Shown in pieces: positions 39,986 through 48,243 of a DNA stretch of 64,000 nt. This DNA comes from Acidobacteriota bacterium (GTDB lineage Bacteria > Acidobacteriota > UBA890 > WLXD01). Below the pieces are notes generated by a model. It did not search any database. It saw nothing but the letters and a program-made list of their open reading frames with translations, and was not told the DNA's origin. The stretch spans positions 2,496,001 to 2,560,000 of the forward strand of contig CBDFKD010000002.1 of NCBI GenBank assembly GCA_965248695.1, in the 5' to 3' direction. Positions within the stretch are counted from its first letter, which is position 1. The number at the start of each line of letters is the position of its first letter. The position numbers and the translations under genes were made by a program.

Positions 39986-41682
39986 GACCGCGCGCGCTGG
40001 CCGCCCTGGTCGCCATCACTGTGATCACCGCCCCGGGGATCGCCGTACCGGCGGTCGCCAGCCATGCGCGCCCAAAGGCGCAGGCGGTGGAGCAACAGGC
40101 GGCGGCGGCGGCAGCGGCGACGTCGACGTCGACCCCGGCGTTCTCCCCGGTGAGCTACGACCGATTGGTCAACGCCGCCGAGGAGCCCGGCAACTGGCTC
40201 ATGTACTCGGGGCAGTACAGCAGTCAACGATACAGTCGCCTGGACCAGGTCCGACGGGACAACGCGACTCGGCTGCGACTGAGATGGGTGCACCAGCTGA
40301 GCACCCTCGACCGTGCCGAGACGACGCCGCTCGTCGTCGACGGCGTCATGTACGTGACCGAGTCACCGAGCACCGTGATCGCGCTGGATGCGGCGACCGG
40401 CCGACAGTTCTGGCGCTACGAGCACGACGTTCCCGCCGGTGTCCCCTACTGCTGCGGACGAAACAATCGCGGCGTGGCGATCCTGGGTGATCGGCTGTTC
40501 CTGAGCACGCTCGATGCTCATCTCGTGGCACTCGACGCCAAGACCGGCAACGTGATCTGGAACACCGAGGTAATCGATCAGGCGGCCGGCTACAGCAAGA
40601 CGGCGGCGCCGCTGGTGGTCAAGAACCTCGTGGTGACCGGCATCGCCGGCGGCGACTACGGAATTCGTGGCTTCATCGATGCCTATGACGCAAGTAGCGG
40701 GGAGCGCGTCTGGCGCGTCTACACGATCCCGGCATCCGGCGAGCCCGGCAACAACACCTGGGAGGGTGACTCCTGGAAAACGGGGGGCGCGGCAACGTGG
40801 GTGACGGGCTCCTTCGACCCGGAGCTCAACCTCATCTACTGGGGTACCGGTAACCCCGGCCCGGACTTCAACGGCGAGGAGCGGGAGGGCGACAACCTGT
40901 ACTCGAACTGCGTCCTGGCGCTCGACGCCGACACCGGCGAGATGCGCTGGTACTTCCAGTTCACTCCACATGATGTCTGGGACTGGGACGCGGCCCAGAT
41001 CCCCGTTCTGGTCGACGCCGAATTCGATGGCCGACCGCGCAAGCTGATGCTGTGGGCAAACCGCAACGCGTTCTTCTACGTGCTCGACCGCGAGACCGGC
41101 GAATTCTTGCTCGGACAGCCCTTTGCCAGGCAGACCTGGGCAGAACGCATCGACGACACCGGCCGGCCGATCTTCCGTCCCGGCATCATGCCGAGCGCCG
41201 AAGGCACCGTCGTGTCACCACCGGTCGAGGACGCCGCCAACTGGTGGTCGACAACATACAGCCCCAAGACCGGCCTGCTGTACGTCATGACACACGACGC
41301 CGAGGAGCGCTTCTTCATCCGCGACGACGAGTATGTCCCCGGCGAGCTGTTCGAGGGCGGCAGTTGGGCGCGGACGATGCCGATCGATAGCTACGTTGCT
41401 GCCGTGCGGGCGATCGTCCCGCAGACCGGTGAGCGAAAGTGGGAGCACCGCGTGCAGCCAAGGGGCCGAACCGGATTGCTATCGACCGCGGGCGACCTGG
41501 TGTTCGGCGGCACCATCGACGGGTACATCTTCGCGCTGGACGCGAGCACCGGCGACGATCTATGGCACATGAATGTCGGCGGGAGCGTGTACGCCGCGCC
41601 GATCACCTATCTCGCCGGCGACGACCAGTACGTGACGATCGCAGCCGGCAACGACATCTTCACCTTCGGGCTCGAGCCGTAG
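39982..41682 (+). CDS. PQQ-dependent dehydrogenase, methanol/ethanol family
   Basis: NWLMYSG.Y..QRYS.LDQ, ETTPLVVDGVMY, vicinal CCGRNNRG, YWGTGNP, GDNLYS, TPHDVWDWD. Confidence 0.92.
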   Translation: MRPRALAALVAITVITAPGIAVPAVASHARPKAQAVEQQAAAAAAATSTSTPAFSPVSYDRLVNAAEEPGNWLMYSGQYSSQRYSRLDQVRRDNATRLRLRWVHQLSTLDRAETTPLVVDGVMYVTESPSTVIALDAATGRQFWRYEHDVPAGVPYCCGRNNRGVAILGDRLFLSTLDAHLVALDAKTGNVIWNTEVIDQAAGYSKTAAPLVVKNLVVTGIAGGDYGIRGFIDAYDASSGERVWRVYTIPASGEPGNNTWEGDSWKTGGAATWVTGSFDPELNLIYWGTGNPGPDFNGEEREGDNLYSNCVLALDADTGEMRWYFQFTPHDVWDWDAAQIPVLVDAEFDGRPRKLMLWANRNAFFYVLDRETGEFLLGQPFARQTWAERIDDTGRPIFRPGIMPSAEGTVVSPPVEDAANWWSTTYSPKTGLLYVMTHDAEERFFIRDDEYVPGELFEGGSWARTMPIDSYVAAVRAIVPQTGERKWEHRVQPRGRTGLLSTAGDLVFGGTIDGYIFALDASTGDDLWHMNVGGSVYAAPITYLAGDDQYVTIAAGNDIFTFGLEP

Positions 41683-41691
41683 AAGCGCTCA

Positions 41692-42768
41692 TTACATTCC
41701 CCCGTCGAGCACCTCGTACGCGCGCTCGACCTCGGGCAACCGGGCCCCGATCTCCGCGAGCCGGGGGAATACTCCCGCGTGGCCGCGCAGATCCACCCGA
41801 TCGGCGGCTTCCTGCGCGGAAACGCCCTGCTCGTGCAACGCGGCAGTGCTCGTCCAGAAGTCGCGCAGGTATGCCTGCCACTGATCGATCATCTCGAGGT
41901 CGTGGATGGCACGCCCGTGCGCCGGCAGCATGACGTCGAACTCCAGCGCCTTGAACCGCTCCAGGGTGTCGGCCCACTCCCCGGCGTAGGCGTCGCCCAT
42001 CCACGGGAGCCCCTCGGTGAGCAGATCCCCGGTTATCAGAACCCGTTCATCGGGGAGGTAGACCACGATGTCTCCCCCGGTGTGGCCGCGCCCGAGAAAC
42101 TGCAGCTGGATCTCGCGTCCACCGCGGTGCAGCGTCATCCGATCGGTCATCGTCAAGTTCGGCGGAGTCGGGACGACCGAGTCCATCGCCAGCTTCGTGT
42201 TGCGCAGGACTTCGAGCTGGTGACGCGCGTCCCCAGCTCCATCGGCCTCCTCTATGGCAGCCAGCTCGGCTTCGAGCGCCTCGATTCGTCCCGGCATGAA
42301 CCCGGCAAAGTAGTCCAGTGTCCGTCCCCGATTCGAGTCTCCCGCGAGCACCGCCTGACGGGTGAACTCGTGGCCGATGATCTCCACGTCGTCGCCGTAA
42401 ATCTCGTTGCCGTGCAGATGGTCGAAGTGGAAGTGCGTGTTGACGACGTAGCGCACCGGCTTGTCGGTGATCGCCTTCAGCTCGCCCAGCAGGGCCCACG
42501 CTGCGGCCGGAGAAACGTGCGACTCCACCAGCAGCACGTCGCTTTCGTTGACCACGACTACGGCGTTGCACCACGCACCCAGATTCCCCGTTTCGACGGC
42601 CAAGTAGATGTCGTCCGAGATCGGAACGAACTCGAAGGCTGCACCCTCGTAATCGGAGCCGGCGGGTGGCGTTGCGTCTGCGGGTGGAGATTCGGGTACC
42701 GGCGGCGGCGAACAGGCCGCCGGCAGCGCGACGAGGAGGATCGAGAGCAACACCGCGCGTCTGACCAT
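41692..42768 (-). CDS. MBL-fold metallo-hydrolase lipoprotein (cyclase-like)
   Basis: RBS GGAGG then ATG 42768. PAA-C lipobox, NTHFHFDH, GHTGGD, ITGD, PAHG. Confidence 0.9.
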   Translation of the reverse strand: MVRRAVLLSILLVALPAACSPPPVPESPPADATPPAGSDYEGAAFEFVPISDDIYLAVETGNLGAWCNAVVVVNESDVLLVESHVSPAAAWALLGELKAITDKPVRYVVNTHFHFDHLHGNEIYGDDVEIIGHEFTRQAVLAGDSNRGRTLDYFAGFMPGRIEALEAELAAIEEADGAGDARHQLEVLRNTKLAMDSVVPTPPNLTMTDRMTLHRGGREIQLQFLGRGHTGGDIVVYLPDERVLITGDLLTEGLPWMGDAYAGEWADTLERFKALEFDVMLPAHGRAIHDLEMIDQWQAYLRDFWTSTAALHEQGVSAQEAADRVDLRGHAGVFPRLAEIGARLPEVERAYEVLDGGM

Positions 42769-42933
42769 CTCCACCTCCGTCCCTGAAAGTCTTCCGGACC
42801 GTCTGCCACATCGACACGGACGGGCCACGGTACTGGTCGCAGCGGATCCGGGTCAACGGGCGTCGACCGCACCGGTCCGCCCCCAACATCGGCGGCTTCT
42901 CTCTAGTTGTCCATCGGTACTAGCTGATATGTC

Positions 42934-42942
42934 TGTTATTAT
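42934..42942 (+). promoter_or_regulatory. Putative extended -10 promoter for the AbiE-like operon
   Basis: TGtTATTAT in an AT-rich patch, 8 nt before the ATG at 42951, with no RBS (near-leaderless). Confidence 0.4.
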
Positions 42943-42950
42943 TCTATGAA

Positions 42951-43457
42951 ATGAGTGTTTTTGACCTCCAAGAGTCACTGAAACGGGCCGAACGGCGGCT
43001 GGGAAGCGCTCCGACCTCCCGCAAGCCAAGGCGAGATCGGGGTAGATCGCGGCTCGCCCCGGCGGTGCTCGCCAAGCTGGAGGAGTTGCTGGCGGGGCAA
43101 GAACGCCCGGCGGTGCGGACGATCATGCGGGCTCTGGGCGACCATTGCCAGGCCCTGGGCCTGCGCCCGCCAGCCCGGGCGACGATCTACCAGTCGATGG
43201 CGCGCATCCCGGCGCGTAGCTACGCAATCGACGATCTGCCAGCGGCAGCCCGGGAGACGCTCTACAACCTGCCCGGCGCCGGACACGTGCCGGGGCACCA
43301 GCTCGTCTTCTACTGCCTCAACTACGGCGGACTCAAGGCGGTGAGCTTCGCCGCCGGTATGCCCTGGCTGGCGCTCTACCAGGCCGCGCGGCTGCCGGGA
43401 TGGCGGTCACGGAGCCAGGGACTTCTCGCGGCGATCCGCCGCGTCCGCGGCATCTAG
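42951..43457 (+). CDS. Putative antitoxin/regulator with transposase-like (TnsB/TniA/Mu) DNA-binding N-terminus
   Basis: RRDRGRSRL...RPAVRTI.R.L..HC.ALGLRPPARATIY resembles the helical DNA-binding region of TniA/TnsB. No DDE domain. Upstream of the AbiEii gene. Confidence 0.6.
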   Translation: MSVFDLQESLKRAERRLGSAPTSRKPRRDRGRSRLAPAVLAKLEELLAGQERPAVRTIMRALGDHCQALGLRPPARATIYQSMARIPARSYAIDDLPAAARETLYNLPGAGHVPGHQLVFYCLNYGGLKAVSFAAGMPWLALYQAARLPGWRSRSQGLLAAIRRVRGI

Positions 43458-43729
43458 CAGGCCGTGGTGGAAGTGTGGCGGGCCTGGCGACAGGGCCTTG
43501 CGAGGTGGAGGCAAGGAGAGAGGAGGAGGCGATGGTTACCCCATCGTTGACGACGAACGACACAGCATTACGCGCGCAACCCCCTGTCGCCCAAAGGGTT
43601 GCGGCGATTTGGGGCCATCTGCGGCGTTGGCCCTCCTCGACGATGGCTAGGGCATCGGCTGCGTCAGGCCGCCTCACATCTGGCCCCAACTCGTCGCAAC
43701 CAGACCCGCCACACTTCCACCACGGCCTG
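43458..43729. mobile_element. 272-bp MITE with 30-bp terminal inverted repeats and CTAG target duplication
   Basis: Left end CAGGCCGTGGTGGAAGTGTGGCGGGCCTGG (43458-43487) matches the reverse complement of 43700-43729 at 29/30. CTAG flanks both sides (43454-43457, 43730-43733). No transposase. Confidence 0.88.
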
Positions 43730-43737
43730 CTAGCCCG

Positions 43738-44418
43738 ATGAGCCCCTATCGACCTGAGCAGGTCATTCCGCAGCAACTCCGCAAGATCGTCGAGCCGATC
43801 CCGTACTGGTTCGTGATCGGCGGCCATGCCGTTCGTTGCCTGTGTCCGTACCGACCTACGCGTGACGTCGACTTCGGAGTCCGGGAGGCCAGCTCGATCG
43901 ATGCGCTTGTCGAGGAGCTGCAGCGGAGCGGCGACACCGAGATTCTCGAACGCGGCGACGACACGGTCCACTTGCGATGGGACGGCATCGACGTGTCGAT
44001 CTTCTTGCTCGAGGGGATCGCCAGCTTTACCGAAGAGCGCCGTCTGAGCGTCGAGGGCATCCTGGCTACGAAGCTCCATGCCATCATCGATCGCGGCACG
44101 CGGAGGGATTTCTTCGATCTCTACGTCACCTTGCAGGACCAGCAGCTCGGGATCGCCGAGTGCCTCCGTGCGCTCCGCACCGTCTACCAGCAGGACATCA
44201 ACGACTCCCTGGTGCTGCGGGCGCTGACATATTTCCACGACGCCGATCGGGAAGCTCCGATCCCCGGCGAAGGCGAACGCGACTGGGAGCAGGTGCAGGA
44301 CTTCTTCCTGTCGCGCGTCGGTCAGCTCCTGGTGCCACCCGCAGTCCTGCTGGAGATCCAGCGGCTGCGGATCGATGTCAGCGAGGGCGAAGAGCCGACG
44401 ATCAGATCGTCCGGTTGA
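43738..44418 (+). CDS. abiEii: AbiEii/AbiGii-family nucleotidyltransferase toxin (type IV TA)
   Basis: IGGHAV...RPTRDVDF NTase motif and KLHAIIDRGTRRDFFDLY. Confidence 0.85.
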   Translation: MSPYRPEQVIPQQLRKIVEPIPYWFVIGGHAVRCLCPYRPTRDVDFGVREASSIDALVEELQRSGDTEILERGDDTVHLRWDGIDVSIFLLEGIASFTEERRLSVEGILATKLHAIIDRGTRRDFFDLYVTLQDQQLGIAECLRALRTVYQQDINDSLVLRALTYFHDADREAPIPGEGERDWEQVQDFFLSRVGQLLVPPAVLLEIQRLRIDVSEGEEPTIRSSG

Positions 44419-44443
44419 GGCGCGTCCAGCAGAGGCTCGGAAG

Positions 44444-45967
44444 TCAGGCGGTGCCCACGAGCTCTTTCATGTACCACTCGACGAAGCTCGACGGGCCACC
44501 TTCGGCGCGCGTATACACGCCGGCGCCATAGCCGCCGGAACGGACGCCGGCGTGATTGTTTTCCACTACCCAGATGTCTTCCTGGATGGTGACGTGCCAC
44601 AGCGCCTTCACCGCCTCCGTGTCGTAGTCGCGACCCTCTACGGCGTCGGGATGCACTAGCCACATGAGCTCACAGTCGGTGAACTCGGCGTCCCGCGGCG
44701 TGAACCGAGCGATACCGATGTGGTCGTCGTAGCACTGGGCGTAGAAGGAGTAGAAGCGCGTGCCGGAGATGCGCGTGCCGTAGGTCCACTCCTTGATGTT
44801 GGGTAGCAACGGCGCCACGGGCTTGCCGTCGAGCGAGCCGGTCTTGAAGCCCGGGTTGAGGTTGCCGCCCATGCTCGACTCGTACTCCGACGCGCCGCCC
44901 ATACCGGCCTCGTCGGAGATCACGCGCTTGCCCTCCGGGGTCACCCAAGCGGCCACCTGAGTGTTGCGTTCGGCGCGCTGCTCCGACGTCATCTCGGCGT
45001 CCCAGTTGTGCGTCGTGACCAGCGATTTGTGCGACGGACCGCAGTGGTAGCACTCCTGGAAGTTCTCCAGCGCCAGCTTCCAGTTCGCATGGATGGCGTA
45101 GGTGTCGCGCACCGCTACCTTGAGATCGGCGGTGCCGTAGTACTGCAACACCGGACGGATGTCGTTGCCGACCTGCTCCTCGAAGTCCGGTGGCTCGTCG
45201 GCAGACAGGTGCACGAAGATGTTGCCCTCGGCAATCTTCAGGTGGCAGGGGACAAGCCCGTTGGCGGCCGGATCGAAGTCGTCCTGCATGCCGTAGGCGT
45301 AGATCAGCGCGCCATCCGTGTCGTACGTCCAGGCGTGGTACGGGCAACGGAACACCGGGCTGCTGCCGCTCTCGCCCAGTTGCTTCACCGACAGCCGTGG
45401 GTCACTCGGGACGGTGTCGGCGTCGTGGCGGCACAACCTAGAGCCACGGTGCCGACAGACGTTATGGAAAGCGTTGATGTCACCGGCCTGGTTGCGCACC
45501 ACGATGACGCTCTCGTTGCGCCCGAACTGATAGACGAAGTAGTCGCCGGCGTTCGGAATGCGGCTGACGTGATCGGCGAACATCCACTGGTTTTCTTTGA
45601 GGAACGCCTCGTCGCGCTCGTAGTTCTCCTGACCGACGTAGTACTCGGCCGGAATCGTCGTGCCGGGCTGCCAGCCGCTGGCGTACCGCTTGGCCGTCGC
45701 GGGCGTGGGCGCAACGATCGATTCCGCTCCGCTGCCGCCATAGCCCACGGCCTTCGGCGGCGGTGCGATCCGATGGGCGACCGGCTTCTTCGTAGCAGTG
45801 GCCGCGTTGGTCGCGGCACGAGGCTTCGTCAACGCCTCGGCGCGGACGGCGCCAGGAAGCGCGACCGCTGCGGCGCCGGCGGCGACAGACGACTTCGCGA
45901 AGTCGCGACGACTGACCTTGTTTGCCTCTGCCTCGTTGCTGCCGTTCTTGTGCCCGCCGTCGCTCAT
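44444..45967 (-). CDS. Rieske non-heme iron oxygenase alpha subunit with twin-arginine signal (paralog of 17141-18688)
   Basis: RBS AGGAG then ATG 45967. SRRDFAK + AAGAAAVALPGAVRA, CRH...CPYH, ENFQECYHC...H, QEDIW. Confidence 0.9.
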   Translation of the reverse strand: MSDGGHKNGSNEAEANKVSRRDFAKSSVAAGAAAVALPGAVRAEALTKPRAATNAATATKKPVAHRIAPPPKAVGYGGSGAESIVAPTPATAKRYASGWQPGTTIPAEYYVGQENYERDEAFLKENQWMFADHVSRIPNAGDYFVYQFGRNESVIVVRNQAGDINAFHNVCRHRGSRLCRHDADTVPSDPRLSVKQLGESGSSPVFRCPYHAWTYDTDGALIYAYGMQDDFDPAANGLVPCHLKIAEGNIFVHLSADEPPDFEEQVGNDIRPVLQYYGTADLKVAVRDTYAIHANWKLALENFQECYHCGPSHKSLVTTHNWDAEMTSEQRAERNTQVAAWVTPEGKRVISDEAGMGGASEYESSMGGNLNPGFKTGSLDGKPVAPLLPNIKEWTYGTRISGTRFYSFYAQCYDDHIGIARFTPRDAEFTDCELMWLVHPDAVEGRDYDTEAVKALWHVTIQEDIWVVENNHAGVRSGGYGAGVYTRAEGGPSSFVEWYMKELVGTA

Positions 45968-46052
45968 CTCGTCTCCTGCCTGTCTACTGTGCACGTTGCC
46001 GATGGACCGAATACTAGTATGCGGGTACCGCTTCCGGGCCTGGACCTCGAGA

Positions 46053-46940
46053 TCATCTGCCATCGTGCCGTCGATGGCTCATGGTCTCCCGCTGCAGGAT
46101 GTACAGCCCGCTACCCACGATAACGACCGAGCCGGTAACCACGGCGGCGTCGGGCAGGTCGCCCCAGATGGCGAACCCGAACAGGATGCCCCAGAACAGG
46201 CCGGTGTAGTCGAACGGCGCCAGCACCGCGGCGGGCGCCAGCCGATATGCCTGGGCCAGCGTCATCAGAACTCCGACGGTGAGCAGCCCCAGCGCCATCA
46301 GCAACGCCAGATCGGTCGCCGTCGGCGTGATCCATTGCGCTGGCATGAAGAACGCCGTGACCGCCGCCGCACCGAGTATGTCGAACATTACGATCGCCAG
46401 GTTGCTCTCGGTCCGGCTGAGCGCGCGCTGGCTCAGCATCAGCAGCGAATGAAAGACCGCCGCGCCCAGGGCGAACCCGGCGCCGGAGCTGAGAACGCCG
46501 CTGCCCGGGCGCACGATCAGCAGCACCCCGACAAAGCCGACGAGCACGGCTCCCCAGCGGTGAACGCCGACACGCTCGCCGAGCAACGGACCCGACAGGG
46601 CGGCGACGAAAAGCGGCCCCGCAAAGGTGACCGCGATGGCATCGGCGAGCTCCATCTGCGCCACCGCCAGCATGAAGCACACCATGCTCCCGATACTCAA
46701 CAGCGACCGGCCGAGCCGCAGCGGCAGACGACGCGTTCGCAGGCTAGCCCAGCCGGTCGTGTAGCGGGAGAAAACCGCCAGGAGCAACGCCGCGAGCACG
46801 AACCGTATGAACGCGATCTGCAGGAGCGGATAGTTCGGAACCAGCCACTTCAGCAGCGCATCGGTCAGGGTGAGCTGCAGCATGCCGAACGCCACCCAGT
46901 CGATTCCGACGCGGGTTTGCCATTGCTCGGCGGTGGTCAT
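46053..46940 (-). CDS. DMT/EamA family transporter
   Basis: About 10 hydrophobic segments, LLGERVG..RW.AV..GF.GVLLIVRPG, A.A..LAPF.Y. Confidence 0.92.
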   Translation of the reverse strand: MTTAEQWQTRVGIDWVAFGMLQLTLTDALLKWLVPNYPLLQIAFIRFVLAALLLAVFSRYTTGWASLRTRRLPLRLGRSLLSIGSMVCFMLAVAQMELADAIAVTFAGPLFVAALSGPLLGERVGVHRWGAVLVGFVGVLLIVRPGSGVLSSGAGFALGAAVFHSLLMLSQRALSRTESNLAIVMFDILGAAAVTAFFMPAQWITPTATDLALLMALGLLTVGVLMTLAQAYRLAPAAVLAPFDYTGLFWGILFGFAIWGDLPDAAVVTGSVVIVGSGLYILQRETMSHRRHDGR

Positions 46941-47014
46941 GGGCGACGATGGTAGCGCTCAGTCCGCTGCTCCACGGCTGCTCGGCGTGAGGCCCGTCCA
47001 AGAAGAGCGAACAC

Positions 47015-48043
47015 TCAGGGCCATCGCAGATCCACCACCACACCACCGTGATCGCTGGGGAAGACGCGGTCCGCCTGGGGAATAGACGCGTTCTCGAGCA
47101 CCAGCGGGATGACCGTTGCAGCTACCGGCTGCAGTCGCGCCGCGCCCGCCGTCTGAAGAACATAGAGCCGATCGATGCGATCGGCGGTCTCGGGTTGCTC
47201 GGCGGTGCCACGCAGGAGCGGTGACCAGGTGATGCCGGGAGACTGAACCGGGTCCGGATACAGCTGGCGAAAGGCGTCGGCGAACCCAGCGTCCGACATG
47301 GCTCGACTGACGGGAAGATCGAGCGGCCGGCGAAAACGAAAGACCTTGGCCGCGTCGGCGGTCCAGTCCAGGTGCGAGGGCGAGTTCCAATCGCCACCGA
47401 CAAGCAGCGGGACGTCCCCGTTGGTGTGCCCCATCCGGTTCAGGTGCTCGATCAGCGCCGTCGCCTGTCGAAACCGGCCGGAGCGCTCCGTCTCGTCCAG
47501 CAGCAGCGACTCGTCGGATACAGCCGGCTCGTCACGCAGGTGATACGGGGCGTACGCCGCCGAGTCGATCCAGATCGAGTAGGCGACGAACGCGCGACCC
47601 AGATCATCCACCACCCGCGCACCGACGCCATGCCAGTCTTCGTGGAAGAAGGTCTGATCGATCTCCAGCCGAGTCAGCACGCACAGGTGCCGGCTGTCGC
47701 CTTGCCAAGCGTTCCACCCCAGCTCTGCAGCCAGCCAGCGACCGAGCGTCGCTCGATCGCCATCGATTTCGTAGCTCTCCTGGAGCAGCACGATATCGGG
47801 TCGCACGGCGCGAATCACAGCGAGCGTTTTCTCCGGACCATCGGTGAAGTTGGTGGCGCCGTACTGGACGTTCCACACCAGCACTCGAAGATCGCCACGG
47901 CGAGGGACCTCTACGAGCTCCCTTACTGCGGCATCTGACTGAATGATGGGCTCACCGAACAGAGCCGCCGTACCCGCCGTCAGAGCGAGCATGCCCGCGA
48001 GCAGGATCTTCGTTCGGTTGGTCGTCGTCGCAGTTGCTCTCAT
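47015..48043 (-). CDS. Secreted endonuclease/exonuclease/phosphatase (EEP) family protein
   Basis: Signal peptide, VWNV, DIVLLQE, GDWNSPSHLDW, RIDRLY, PSDH. Confidence 0.88.
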   Translation of the reverse strand: MRATATTTNRTKILLAGMLALTAGTAALFGEPIIQSDAAVRELVEVPRRGDLRVLVWNVQYGATNFTDGPEKTLAVIRAVRPDIVLLQESYEIDGDRATLGRWLAAELGWNAWQGDSRHLCVLTRLEIDQTFFHEDWHGVGARVVDDLGRAFVAYSIWIDSAAYAPYHLRDEPAVSDESLLLDETERSGRFRQATALIEHLNRMGHTNGDVPLLVGGDWNSPSHLDWTADAAKVFRFRRPLDLPVSRAMSDAGFADAFRQLYPDPVQSPGITWSPLLRGTAEQPETADRIDRLYVLQTAGAARLQPVAATVIPLVLENASIPQADRVFPSDHGGVVVDLRWP

Positions 48044-48243
48044 CGAAAACCCTCGGCTCCGCCGCCCGTCACCCTGGAAGGTCCAGAGCGTCGGCGTCTC
48101 CGGCACCTCGCGTATCTGTCAGCCGGATGTTCATTGGTCGAGCTCGATGCAGAGGGAGGCGTCGAGGGACGTCTGGCTCGTGGTCAGCGGCCCCGGCGTG
48201 AAGAGCGCCTTGTCCTTCCAACCGGGAAGCCGATGTCGCTCGG

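Noticed and set aside
40098-40130. GCG trinucleotide run
   Set aside because: Encodes a poly-Ala linker after the signal peptide.
42951-43457. Possible active transposase
   Set aside because: Only a DNA-binding-like segment, with no DDE catalytic domain or flanking transposon ends.
43400-43741. 113-aa ORF between the TA genes
   Set aside because: Spans the MITE and has no transposase or other motifs.
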